Below, piece after piece: positions 1-12,700 of a DNA stretch of 64,000 bases. The notes below the pieces were generated by a model. That model ran no database searches. It was not told where the DNA came from and was given only the letters and a program-made list of their open reading frames with translations. The stretch comes from Saccostrea echinata. Taxonomy: Eukaryota. Position 1 is the stretch's first letter, and every line of letters starts with the position of its first letter. The stretch lies in NCBI RefSeq assembly GCF_033153115.1, contig NW_026889750.1, positions 31,930,001 through 31,994,000 of the forward strand, written 5' to 3'. The position numbers and the translations under genes are program-made.

Positions 1-1338
1 TTTTAAATTGGGTAGTTGTGGTACACTACCCCCATTTTATATCCTTTTTCTTTTGCTAATAAATACATTTTATCATTTCATATAAAGACTTCAAAATTAT
101 CTTTGGTAGACCCAGGATTTTTTAAAGGGGGGGTTCAACAGGCTAATAATGGGGTCTGAGCCAGTGAGGGCCACCTTGTGGCCCCAGTGGGTAAAGGACA
201 AAAGCCCCTTTAAGCTCCCAGGATTTGGGTCCTTTTTAAATCAGTTTTGTGAGTTGTGTTATGTATATTTTATGTATAATAAAAGCAATATCTAACCAAA
301 AAAAAAATGATTATTTCACCTTTACTAAATTTTGGCACACATGAGGGGGAAGGGGTATATAGAAACTGTTTTAAGAACAGTTTTTTACGGTAATAGAAAT
401 TTCATATTCATCCAGGATTTTAAATTTAAAATACGAATAATAGATTTACCTCCTAAAATTATGTTTCTGGGGAACATAACAAATTTTATTTTAATGCTTT
501 ATAGGCAGTGAAAAGGAATTATACACTAAGTCTTAAAGACCTTGAAGACTCAGATTCATATTTGAGTTGTTATTTATATAATTATGATATATGCTGATAA
601 AACAGATTATGACATAATATTAAAAAATAATATTTATACCTAAAAATTATCAAATGTAGTACCTTAGAAAATTACATGAATTAATAGCCAAATTATTGTT
701 ACTACAAAATAACATATCTTTACTTATAATATCTAAAATTATAGACAGAAACTGTTTGCATCATTGAAAACTGCAGAATAGAGTAAAAACCTCTGCAATA
801 CCTTAAATTCTTGAACATGTAATTGTAGAAGTAGTCTTTGACAATATACGACATTGTAAGTCTTGTTCAAATCTTAAACCAAATTTTACTCATTGTTCAA
901 AAACTAAAGAGTGTCATAAAAAGAAGGAAGTGGTTTGTGTTGCATTAATTTTTGTAGAATCGTTTGTTATTGTATCTCAAAACACAAATCTCAGATTCTC
1001 GTACACAAGAACCCCCCCCCCCCCCCCCCCCCCGCGCTTACTATCAGCTTCTTTAAATAATGCGTCAATCATATCCATGTTTCGAACGTCAAACCATGAG
1101 CATCCACAAACTTAATAATTAATTAAAATAAATATTTGATGATTTTTAAAAAGATGTATCATTATGAATGAAAAGAAATTAAAAATGTGTATTCAGAATT
1201 TCCTCGACGTTCGCTGTTAGTCAATATTGACGCTATGCAAGCGCGTCGTATAAAAAAGGGGAAAATAATATACAAAAGACGTATAAAAGATAAAAAAAAA
1301 CAGCTGCAAATGATAGTAAGTAACAGATTTATACTTAC

Positions 1339-1374
1339 GAAAAAGGATCCAAAGCACTTCGAGGCGTCTGCCAT
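1339..1374 (-). CDS. Probable first coding exon (MADASKCFGSFF) of an unidentified gene transcribed away from TOPBP1
   Basis: Minus strand reads aagacgATGGCAGAC...TCCTTTTTC|gtaagt: good Kozak context, exactly 12 codons and a perfect donor. It lies in a CpG-rich patch with a CCGGAA ETS-like motif just upstream. No downstream exon was identified in the window. Confidence 0.5.
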
Positions 1375-1856
1375 CGTCTTCTTTTCTGGTTCTCCAGGTC
1401 GACCGGAAACCAGGCAACTCATTGCCAGACAAACATGAGTCATTTGTAGACTATGAATTTTCGAAATTTTAAATACTGAACTCACGAATGAATGAAGGGT
1501 AAGAAAATATAGGAAATGATTAAACTAAATGGGATATTAATTAAAACTATTCATATATAGCGGATTTTGATTAATATTACACATTTTCTCTGGGCGACTT
1601 AATAGATATATATATTCCTATGAAAATATATGCCGGGTTATAAATAATTTAATTATTTCTCGCTATGCGAATAAAAAATGCAGAAATTATAATTGCATTG
1701 AAAAAAATAATTACCAAAGAGTCTTATTTCAGGACATCAGTCATCTTACCACAAAGTACACTGCCTTAATGATCAGTTAAAATATTAGGGAGACCGGAAA
1801 AAGTCTGCTTAATCCATCGGGGTCCCAGACCGATATATAAATGCTTAACTGGGTTC

Positions 1857-1997
1857 NNNNNNNNNNNNNNNNNNNNNNNNNNNNNNNNNNNNNNNNNNNN
1901 NNNNNNNNNNNNNNNNNNNNNNNNNNNNNNNNNNNNNNNNNNNNNNNNNNNNNNNNNNNNNNNNNNNNNNNNNNNNNNNNNNNNNNNNNNNNNNNNT
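1857..1997. other. Assembly gap (N run)
   Basis: Run of n. Confidence 0.99.
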
Positions 1998-2450
1998 TAT
2001 AAAATAGAGTGAGAAGAATTTAAGAATACCAGTCTCAAGATGTAATTGTGTTAGAAGTGACTTGTATAGACACATTATCATGATTAGTGACTTGTATAGA
2101 CACATTATCATGATTATGTACATTGGAGGAGTACACTTTGGAATATGCTTATTTATTGGATTTTTTTTATCTTCATCTTCTGTTCGAAAATTGTCATAAC
2201 TACAATTTGATTAAATTAATTTCTTTGTGTAATGATAACGATCGTATGTGAGCGGATCAAAGGATCTAATTTTAATTAGATTGGTCATCATTTTATGACC
2301 CCGTAGCACAGCCTAAAAAGATATGTCCTTGATCGGGAAAAGAGGAAATAACCTGACCCGCAACATGGTGTTTGTTCTACACTGTCATAGAGCAAAAATT
2401 ATTAAAAACTCTCCAAAGTCTACAACCAATAGATTTTAAAAAAAAATCAT

Positions 2451-3170
2451 TTTTATGCCCCGCCATGAATATGGCCGGGGCATATAGTGTTTGTCATGTC
2501 CGTCTTCCGTCCTTCTGTCCTTCCGTCTGTCCTTCGTCACACTTTGCGTTTAGCTCTGTTCAAAGCTCAGTTTCAAAGAAACTATCCGAGATGTTTTTAT
2601 CAAACTTCATATGCTGATAGATATTGATGAGAGCTATGCAACTGCATCAACATTTTTTGACCTTGACCTTTCTTTTGCCCTTGACCTCACTTTTCTTAAA
2701 TTAGTGTTTAGCTCAGTTTTAAAGATACCATTTAAGATAGTGTAATCAAACTTCATATGTTGATACATACTGATAAGAGCTATTCAACTGCATCAACATT
2801 TTTTGACCTTGACCTTTCTTTTGACCTTGACCTCACTTTTCTTAAATTAGTGTTTAGCTCAGTTTTAAAGAAACCATTCATAATATTTTTATCAAACTTC
2901 ATATGCTAATACATACTGATGTATCCTTTTCAACTGCATCAACAATTTTTGACCTTTCCCTTTCCCTTTCCCTTGACCTCACTTTTCCTAAATTAGTGTC
3001 AAACTTCATATGCTGATACATACTGATGTAAGCTATTCAACTGCATCAATATTTTTTCACCTTGACCTTTCCTTTGACCTTGACCTCACTTTTCTCAATT
3101 TGTGTTGAAATGTTGCATTACTAATATACCCTCGGCGGGGCATTCATGTCCTATGGACATATTTCTAGTT
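2451..3170 (+). mobile_element. Non-autonomous Helentron-associated (HINE/pearl/DINE-1-type) element, family A copy 1
   Basis: 5' subTIR atgccccgcc with adjacent inverted copy ggccggggcat, (gtcc)n microsatellite, 4 internal repeat units (spacings 146, 146, 107 bp), 3' subTIR ggcggggcat plus hairpin atgtcctatggacat, T-rich ends. A near-identical copy is at 30353-30899. Confidence 0.85.
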
Positions 3171-3306
3171 TAGTCCTGTTCTTTCTTCTTTAGGTAGGAG
3201 CATGTAAATACATATATTGTTAAGATAAATTTTATATGGAAAGCTAAGTTATTGTACAGTGTGTAAAGCCTTTTTTTAACCAAATTTTAGTTCCCCCAGC
3301 ACTTAA

Positions 3307-3974
3307 GGTAGTTCGATCCTCAGGTTCTGAAAATCAGCTTATAAGTAATTGAAAATGCTCACAAAAATGTCTCTGATTTCACAGAGTAAAGTGAATTTAC
3401 CCATGTTATTTCTTCAAAGTTCGTCATTAAAGTTAATCATATTATATAGGGAAAATTATTAAATCTCAAATATATTTTCAGGAAATGCAAATAAAAACAC
3501 CAGCTATGCATTTTCTAATTGAAAATTGATCAACAAATATATTTTAGGATAAAAAATATAGGTATCCAGGCATTTTGAGAAAATTGCATCTTTTTATGCT
3601 TATACAGTATATTAGTTCTTCTATTTACTTCAATTTTTATGTAATAAATAGTGTAAAAAGTTTGTGCTATCATTGCTGGACATCACATATCACGTCTAAT
3701 TTCATACCCTGCTAATAAGCATTGCTATCTAATGCTAGATAAAAGGAAATTCAATTTCTCTAAAAATGCATTTATTTTTTTTCTTTTTATGGGGTACAAA
3801 TGTCAACTTTAAAAAAAAACATTTCTAAGACATTAAATGATCTTGAATCATATTGAGATGCAAAAAATGAAAATTGTTGCACGAAAAGATCTCAATTTCA
3901 AGCTTCATATTTAGACTTTTGAAATAAAATAATGAATTTAAGAGTTATCCTTCCTGGCTAAGGATCGGATATCC
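3307..3974. mobile_element. Degenerate TTAA-targeting MITE (Kolobok-like)
   Basis: ttaa|ggtagttcgatcct ... aggatcggatatcc|ttaa; imperfect TIR with RR termini. Confidence 0.45.
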
Positions 3975-4059
3975 TTAAATTTTATTTTTATTGCACAACA
4001 TTAGAATAGGTTTTACAAACTGTTTTTCATCACTTTACTCTTTTAAATTTTGATTTTAT

Positions 4060-4954
4060 GTCTTTTTATGACGCCACCTTCTCGGGTGCTCCTTAAACAC
4101 AGGAGGGAATTCCTATACTGAACTGAACTGGCAGTGAAATGAATGGCGCTGTGGGTCGGAAGTAGTAAAGCCGTATTCCTAGGGCTCTTCCCGAAAACGC
4201 ATATTGTAAATCCAAAGTCACGAGTAATTTGATTACCGAGTTTATTAAAGCTTTTAACAATGGACAACAATTTTACTATTAGCGAACTGAGTGACACATA
4301 ACACGTGTTGAGTAAACAACAGTCTGTGAAAAGCTCTGATAAGATGGAAGTGAAAGAAAGATAAATAAAATAAATACATGAACAGGCGCGGATCCAGGAA
4401 TTTTTTTCCGGAGGGGGGGTGTTTTGTTTTTTGTTTGTTTTTTTGTTTGTTTGTTTGTTTTTTTTTTTTGCTTCAGTATATACTTTTAATAACTCTGCAA
4501 ATTCCAGGGGGTCCGGACTCCCTCTAGATCCGCGCATGCATGAGTGTTTTTAATCTGTAGTTCTCAACAATTGTGCAAAGATATATTGAATATATATATC
4601 ACATAAAATTCTATGCTATAAATATAGAATTGTTTATGTTTAAAACATCAAATGCCTGTGATATAACGTTATACGTTATATTATATGATACATACATAAA
4701 AAATGTCTCTGTCACATATCATCTTTGAAAGCCACAAAGGTTTCGATCCGCCTCACCCTTCACACTTAGTTGCGGAGTATTTGATCGGGTTCGACATTAC
4801 AAAAATTTACACCAAACTTAAATAATGGCGGGTTGGGAAATTCCATCCAAACTTTTAGTTTTGTCATGTTTTTGTTGACTTGTAATAGATGCCCAACATA
4901 TGAATACGCAGAGATAAAAAGTCATTGTTCTTTGCCTACTGTAATGATGTAAGT
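4060..4954 (+). promoter_or_regulatory. Putative TOPBP1 promoter and non-coding first exon
   Basis: Local CpG enrichment. Motifs: aATGGCG (YY1-like) at about 4142 and 4824, CGGAAGT (ETS) at about 4157, ggcgggttgggaaa (E2F-like) at about 4827. A donor gtaagt at 4949 could join the acceptor at 6690 upstream of the ATG. Motif assignments are inference. Confidence 0.4.
4383..4538. mobile_element. Small MITE (caggcgcggatcc...ctagatccgcgcatg)
   Basis: Short TIRs with G-run interior; same family as 44537-44936 and 46625-46979. Confidence 0.7.
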
Positions 4955-5182
4955 AAACAGCAAGTACTTCAAAGAAAGAAATTGACTGGAAATCTTGAGT
5001 GTTTTACCAATGAGTCGATGCAGGATTAGCAGGCCTGATTTAGCTATATAGCTTGAAATAGCATATCTTTATTTAGCTATTCAAAACAGCTTGATAATCT
5101 ACTTAAATGCGGTTTTACAAAAAAAAAAAATAATGAAAAAAAGACAAAAAGTATGTGACTACTCATATTTGTTGTATCATAC

Positions 5183-5845
5183 GGTATCAGGTTCGTTCGC
5201 CCTAGGCTATCTACCTGTTCGCATGAGTCCGTTCGCGCAGGGTCCGTTCGCCATTATTCTTGTTCGCCCTATATCTCGTTCGCCCTAATATATTTACAGT
5301 ATATAGTAAATATTAACATTTGTTATTAATTTTATTCAATATTTTACGACTTGGCTTTTTTTTTTCCAAATGTTGCTACAGAATTTTTTTTATTTACCAT
5401 AATCTTAATTAAAACAATTCAAATTTGATATTAATGCTTTTTACATGCTTAATTGGTTTAATTATACTTTAAAGTATCACTGTTATTTAGGGGATCATAT
5501 CTGTGTGTTTTTTTTTTGTTTTTTTTTTTACAATCTGCATTATATTTTGAAAACAATTAAAGGACGGAAAATTTCTTATATTATGAAATTTCTGTTGGTC
5601 TGCCAGGTCTTTGATAGGAGAGGTATTTAGTGTGACCACATGCATACATCTGTTGTCTCCTGTGTGCAATTTATGTACCAATGTACATATAATTTATTTA
5701 AAAAAATACATTGGTTCATTATTCAACTTTCTGCAATATAAATAAGGCAAACGGACCCTGTGCGAACAAGTTTTAGGGCGATCAGACTCTGGGCAAACAA
5801 CGGCGTCAAGGCCGAACAAATTTTAGGGCGAATGAATATACAACC
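5183..5845. mobile_element. MULE/foldback-like non-autonomous DNA transposon
   Basis: 9-bp TSD gtatcatac (5174-5182 and 5846-5854), GG...CC termini, subterminal gttcgcc/ggcgaac arrays in inverted orientation. Confidence 0.75.
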
Positions 5846-6740
5846 GTATCATACTATATGAAAAGCAATCTAAATCAAAGATTAAACATTGCTGCATTTG
5901 AACACTTTTAAGCAAAAGATGTGTTTCCATTTTTTTTTTTTTTTGATAACTGTACACTATCTTGTGTGCAGTTAGGCATGGATAAGTATGATTCCCAATG
6001 CTGTGGACCCCAGCCCCTAGTCCCAAATTACTGAAAAATACACTGTTGCTGATCATTGTGTTGAATTATCTTGCTGATCTGCTTTATAATTTGATTTGAG
6101 AAGTAACTGTGTTGTTACAGATCAATTGCTTTATATAGCCCCTAAAGTTTTAGTACTTTGAGGGCAAAGTCTATGTAAACAATTTTTTTATGCTTTGTTT
6201 TCAAAACAATGCAAAGTTGAAAACTGTCACTGCTAAATCTTGGTATTTTGAATAGCTTAATAAAGTTGCATAGCTATTTCATACTATGTATCTAAATTAA
6301 GAGATCTTGCTGGACTGATTACCGTAGTTTAAGATTGCAAATGTTATATAATTTTCTTGTTGAAGCCAAGTAAAACAAATTTTGTAGGATATTTAAAGAA
6401 CTGAATTAAAAAAAGTTACCAAGTCTCAAAATACATATTTAATGCAGAAGTTGCCCTTACATGTATATAGGCAGCACTGCAATACTTTACAACAATAAAA
6501 AGACAAAACCCCACATTTATAACATCAGAATAAGAAAACAAATAGCTATAAGTAAATAACACATAAATGACAAATTCAATTTATATTTATTTATTTTATA
6601 TTTATTTATTTTAATCAAAGCATTGTTCTAGGTCAGGTGGTAGATGGGTATTACATCAACACTTTAATCTCCAAATACTTTCTGTGTTAGGTTGCAACTC
6701 CACTTGAAGTTAGTTTGATTCGAACAGTGAAGCAGATAAA

Positions 6741-9700
6741 ATGGGGGAAGATGAATTCAGGGTCCGCTGTATCATATCAGACAATGATGATGGACAAGAA
6801 AAGGCTTCAGAGGCCATGAAAAAAGCTCACAAGGTAAATAATTTACCATATGTTTTAGACCAATGGTATAAACGTACATGTATTCTAATTAGTGTAAACT
6901 AACAATTTCAAATGTCTGAGGTATGATTCTATTAGGGCTTGTGTATTGTAATATTTATAGATCTGTGTCATTTTAAATTATGTATTTGCAGAGCCTAATT
7001 GAAGAAGGATTTTGTGTTGAGTGGATGAAGGACTCAGACTGTCTGAAGGTCATCAAAAAAGAAAAGAACTGTGTTTATCTCTATGATCCATTTGGTGGCA
7101 AATCTTTCAACCATATCAGAAATTTGGGATGCAGGTGGAAATTTTTTTTCATAAGAATATTTTCATCGAAAAATAAATAAGTGGATATTTGTGTTTTATA
7201 TGTCATTGAAACTTGATGTTTGATGATTTATGTAATGCATACATGTATCTTTACAGGATATTTGGACCCCTCTGCATTTTGTCTTCACTTGAGTATAAAC
7301 TTGTAAGTCTTAACACACGTCTGTTTTACACTTTGCATCGATATCCTATCATTTGTCAAAACAGAGCTCCAGATGAGGTGTTTATTTGCAAAAATATGCA
7401 TTGAATTCTACAAAATATGCATTAAAATTTAAAATTTGGCATACAGTTACACATAAGCAATTGTAAATATGCATGTAGTTCGAATGTAATGTGTATCAAC
7501 ATGTGATGGATTGAATGATATATACAGGTATGAAATAAATTATAAAGTGAACTGGGGTTAGCTAGATCAGTTTCTGAAGAAAGATTTAATTTAAAAAAAA
7601 ATCATTGTTTTGTTTCTTTGAACAGAAAAATCTTGGGATAGGTACAGTTAAGCAAAAAAATCCTTGAGTCATCTGTTTTAGATGATATCATCTCAAGTAT
7701 GACAGACAGAAACAATAGATGACTGGGGAGAAAAAATAGTGCAAGGTATTGGCAATCAGAGAGGGCGTTATCTGTAAAATTAGCAAGAAACACAATGTTA
7801 AAATGATATTTGGAAAATATGATTCTTCTACTTTTCCAAAAAAAAAAAAGCTAAAGAGAATTTCCTGTGCCTGTAGTAACTTTGCCTACCATATCAGGGG
7901 TAGACAAATAGAATTTTTCAGTACTTGCCCTCGGACAGGTTATCATCGTAAAATTACTTGTCCTACCAAAAAATATGCTTGTCCCACCTTTTTCTTAATT
8001 AAAATATATTAAAGCATTATCGTTTATATTAAAATTATTTCTCAATTGATACACTACATTGGGACCAAATTAGACCCAAAATCACTTAAATATCTAAGGA
8101 AAAATTCTTGAGGGGTAATTGTTGTTCCAGGGAGATTTCCTAGCTTGTGCAGTGTGTATATCTATATACATGTACATAATTTAAACATTTCTCTATATTA
8201 CTTTAGCATAAAAAAAATACTCAAGAAAAAAAAAATGAAGACACCAAATTATTTGATGATTTCCAATTGCAAGGCATATGAATATCAAGCATTAGAATTA
8301 AAATGCACATTGTCAACTTACAATTTCTCAACTGAAAAAAGGTTATTTCATATCCTGCATAATATGCATACATGATCACAGTTCATTATTTTACATGCTT
8401 TAGTAGCTACACATGAAATTCTAGAGGGGTTCTGACCGAGTATTTGATGTAATGGTCAACAGCAGCGAAAACAGGTGCTGTATTGTGATTCATTACATTT
8501 CTTCAGCGGTAAAACAAACAACATTTGTTTTGTTAACTGGAGAAGCACTTGTCCGCAGGCAGGTAGCACTTATCAAATAACTTGCCCGCCAAACAAAATT
8601 GGTTGTCCCGGGCGTCGGGCAATGCTGTTTGTCTAGCCCTGCCATATGATCATCCTGTTCCAAAGCTGTTCAAAGAAATCAATTATTTAAGCATTCAGAG
8701 AGTATTGCATAAGCAATACTAATCCTCTACTGGCAAATTAAAAAGGCTGTAATTCTGTCAAAAATCATCGAACTGGAATGAAACCCAAAACCCAAACTTA
8801 TCTATAACTCATCAAGATAAATAACCAAAAATCAGTTCAATATCTGCATGCCTTGAGAAAAAAAAGTGCAGAAAAACGAGTGAGACAGACTTACAGACAG
8901 ATGGACAGCTAGATGGAGGGACAGACAGACAGACAAGGAGGAAATGTTTAGTCCCCTTGATTTAACCAGTAGGGGACTAATAAAATGGTGACAAAAGGTC
9001 GTGTTGACATTTTTTAATTTGATTTTAAATAAATGCAGGAATAATACGTACAGCTGATTTAAAAAAAAAAGAAGAAAAAACACTTTAGCTATATAAGTTC
9101 AAAATTGATTTATGGTCCATAGTGAGTAAAATATCCTTAAATGGCAAAACAGCAAATACATGTAAATTAACAAATACTCTTTTACGTTTTTACTGAGAAG
9201 CAAAATCTGAATTGATTTAAAAATAGGGAGTAAATAAACTTTGCACTAACAAGTAATCTGGAGCTCTTTCAGTTTATATAAACCTTAACTTACGTATGAA
9301 CTTGTTAATGTTATTACATATCTATTTCTATAATCTTAAGTCTGTATGTGAAATTTGTATATTTTTGTTGTTGTTCATTAAGGAGGTTCCCTTTACCTAA
9401 TTTTATTACTTTTTGTTGGTGTTCATTAAGGAGGTTTCCTTTACCTAATTTTATCACTTTTTGTTGGTGTTCATGAAGGAGGTTTCCTTTATCTAATTTT
9501 ATTATTGTTATTCTTTCTAGGATATCCCAAAGAGGAGTGTCCCTGTGTACAATCTGGCCATGAAAGACATTGTAGTGTGTTGTACCAACCTTGTTAAACA
9601 AAAAAGAGTAAGCAATTTCTTATGACAACATTTTGAATAATTACTAATGGTTCTAGAAAATATACATAATGTTATCACCCTATTCAAATCCATTTTTAGA

Positions 9701-12700
9701 TTTGTTTAAAATATCTTTAATTTCAATTTGCCTCTTTCCCTTAGTGAAGATGGGGAAGAAGGTTATGCTTAATAGGAAGTACAGTTAATTAAAAACTGTT
9801 TTTTATCAGTGAATAACAATGTTTTCCTTTTCTGTGTGAAGACGTGACGGTAAAAGGGATAATATTTATATATATAATGTATGCATATGTTTAGATCTGA
9901 TATATAAAAGAAAATTTTCTATTTTTTAATTGCATGCTCGATCTAAAAAAGCATTAGTTACCTAATAACTAGATATGACTGATTTGACAACCCTTAAAAA
10001 GTGATGCACTACCATTTCACCAAGAATTTCAATTCTTGTATGAAAGTTTCCTTTTGAAACATAGAATATAATTAATATGCAACTGAAAATGTACCGTAAT
10101 GGTCAAAGTGAGTTCAAAGTTTGGAGGGGGGAAATTGCATGCAAATGTTTAGGAAATGAGGGAAATTCCATCTTCAAAAGAATTTTCAGATTGATCCCCC
10201 CTTCTTTTTCCTTGAAGTTTATGAGTTTTGTTTTTTGACAGAATGAGCTTCATGAGAAGGTGGAGGCAATGGGAGGCCTAGTCAGCAGGGACCTAACACA
10301 CAATGTCACTCATCTCATCGCCGGGGAAGTTGGTAGCAAAAAATACCAGGTATAGCAATGATTTATCTTCACCTACATGAATGAAGGGGAAAAATTTGTT
10401 ATTACTCATATTTTAATGTATGTGCCAAAGAAAAAACTGTTTACAAATGTTTAAACCTTAATTAAATTGTGTATCATAGGACACTGTTTTCGAGCACATA
10501 GAATGAATAACTATTTGCCACAGCTTATAGGAAATCTCAGGTTCATCTCAGATTCATTTATTTGGGTTCATCATTGTTCTGTCACTTTATTTTATCTTAT
10601 TTGGTTTAAATAACTTTCATTGAAAAATACTTAGGTTGCTGCTTCTACTGGCAAACAGGTTTATCTCCCTTGTTGGGTTGATAAAGTTTGGGAAGCCTCC
10701 CAGAACAAGTAAGTAGTAGTTTTTTTCCCCCATTATAACATATGTTTCACTTGATCAGTTCTGTTGGCTTAATTCTTGAGGTACATGTGTTATAACAAAA
10801 GTGGTATTGATAATAAGGTGGAATACCATCCATGTAGTTTTTTGAATTGTACACTGCAGACACATCCATGGCAGTAGTGGGGAATTCCTGGAGTACTCTT
10901 GTCCCGTCTTCAAGGGTTTAGTCATCACCGTGTCTGGCCTGGACTCGGAGGAAAGAAATCAGGTCAAAAAAGCTGTGGAAGCAGAGGGTGAGTGCATCAT
11001 TGATATTGGAGACTTCTAATGATTCTCTGTGAGTGAGTGTAGAATTAAGTGATGAATTTTTATGTTTCACTGTAAAGGGAGCAGGTACACAGGTATCAGT
11101 TACGTCCCTCAGCTGTGTGGGCAATGACTCTTACAGGTGATATGTGTTAAGATGCAGTTCATTAAAAAAAATTGTTTACATTTGTAGGAGGAAAATATAC
11201 GGGGGAGATGAAGGTCAATGAATGTACACATCTCATCATAAACAAACCAAAAGGTACATCTACATATCCAAAGCATTGAATTAGGAGGAGATATTCATAC
11301 CAAGTATTTTACATCACTATTTAAAATAGTTAGAATAGTGATATTCTTTTAATAGTTTAATTTTCTTATAATGATCCAGAATGATCTTTCTGACAATATT
11401 TTTGAACTGTAGGTGCTAAGTATGAGTTTGCCAAGAAGTGGAAGATTCACATAGTGAAATCGGACTGGTTGTATGACTCCATTGAGAGGGGTTACTGCCT
11501 GGAGGAGAGAGATTTCTGCCTGACTCATGACAAGGAGGATGAAAAGACTGAAGTCAAAACATCGACCCCTGAGAAAGAAAACGGAAGTAGAGGTAGCATT
11601 TGTCAGTGTAGATTTTATTTTAGGTTTAGTAGATTTCTTTTCTAATAAACATACACTATTTTGTTTTCAGCCTTGGTTATTTTAATTGTAAGCATCAAAA
11701 TACATTTAAGTGTTGGTTTTTTGGGAAAAGTGGCACAAAATTTGAAAACTGAAGTTTTATTAAGCTTCCCTTGCTAGTTTTTGACTTTAATTATTCCCCA
11801 ATAATTATGAGGAATACTGATGTCAAATTGAAATATACCACTATTAAGGAAAAAATTATGCTCATTGAACAAAAATAAGATGAACACCTATGGTGATTTG
11901 TGTGTTTCAGTAGATAGGATGTCAACATTAGCTGATATCAGCTGTATATCAAATGTGTCAGCAATACAGACAACACATCTCAACGAGACGTCAGCCACCA
12001 CACAGAACAGGAAGTCAACAGATGAGTTTGAGACAACAGTAGAGTCTATTGATCTCACCAAGTCAACATCAGATCTCTTCCTGGATGGCTGTAAGGTACA
12101 GACTCAGTGATGACCTCAGTGGAATAATGGGAGATTTATTGAAAATTGAAGTGGAAAGATAAAAAAAGATTCATGACTCTTGACAGTGAAGATAATTTAA
12201 AAAATTATATTTTCAAGAACTTAAAGGAATTAATTTGTCGTTGCAATTTCTTTTAGATTTATCTAAGTGGATTTAGAGGAGTTGCCTTAGAGAAACTGAG
12301 AAAAGTAATAAATGCTGGTGGAGCAACAAGGTAGGATACTTAAAGTTCATATGAATGTGAATTATCAATTACACTATGTATGCACTATTCACGTACATAT
12401 ACATGTATTCCACTACGTACATATCTGAGACTGAGCTGTACAATCTGACATTTGTAGGTTAAACACCCTGAGTGAGAACCTCACTCATGTTGTGGTTGGA
12501 GAAAGGATTGAAAAAGACCTTGAGACACTGAAAACAGCAACCTTCAGGTATGTGATATATCTCCAAAAACACCATCTGAATTATGACATTCAAGGGTGTC
12601 CTAATATGAATTCTGTGTACAGCACTGATAATTCATGTATAAATTTTATGTTTTATTTCTCTTTTTAAAAAAAAAAAATAGACCCAGGTTTCTATTTTTT

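Noticed and set aside
4043-4537. 164-aa minus-strand ORF and possible snRNA in the CpG-rich patch 4060-4240
   Set aside because: The ORF starts inside a MITE and is low complexity. I see no match to U snRNA, 7SL, or RNase P/MRP motifs, so a promoter is the simpler reading.
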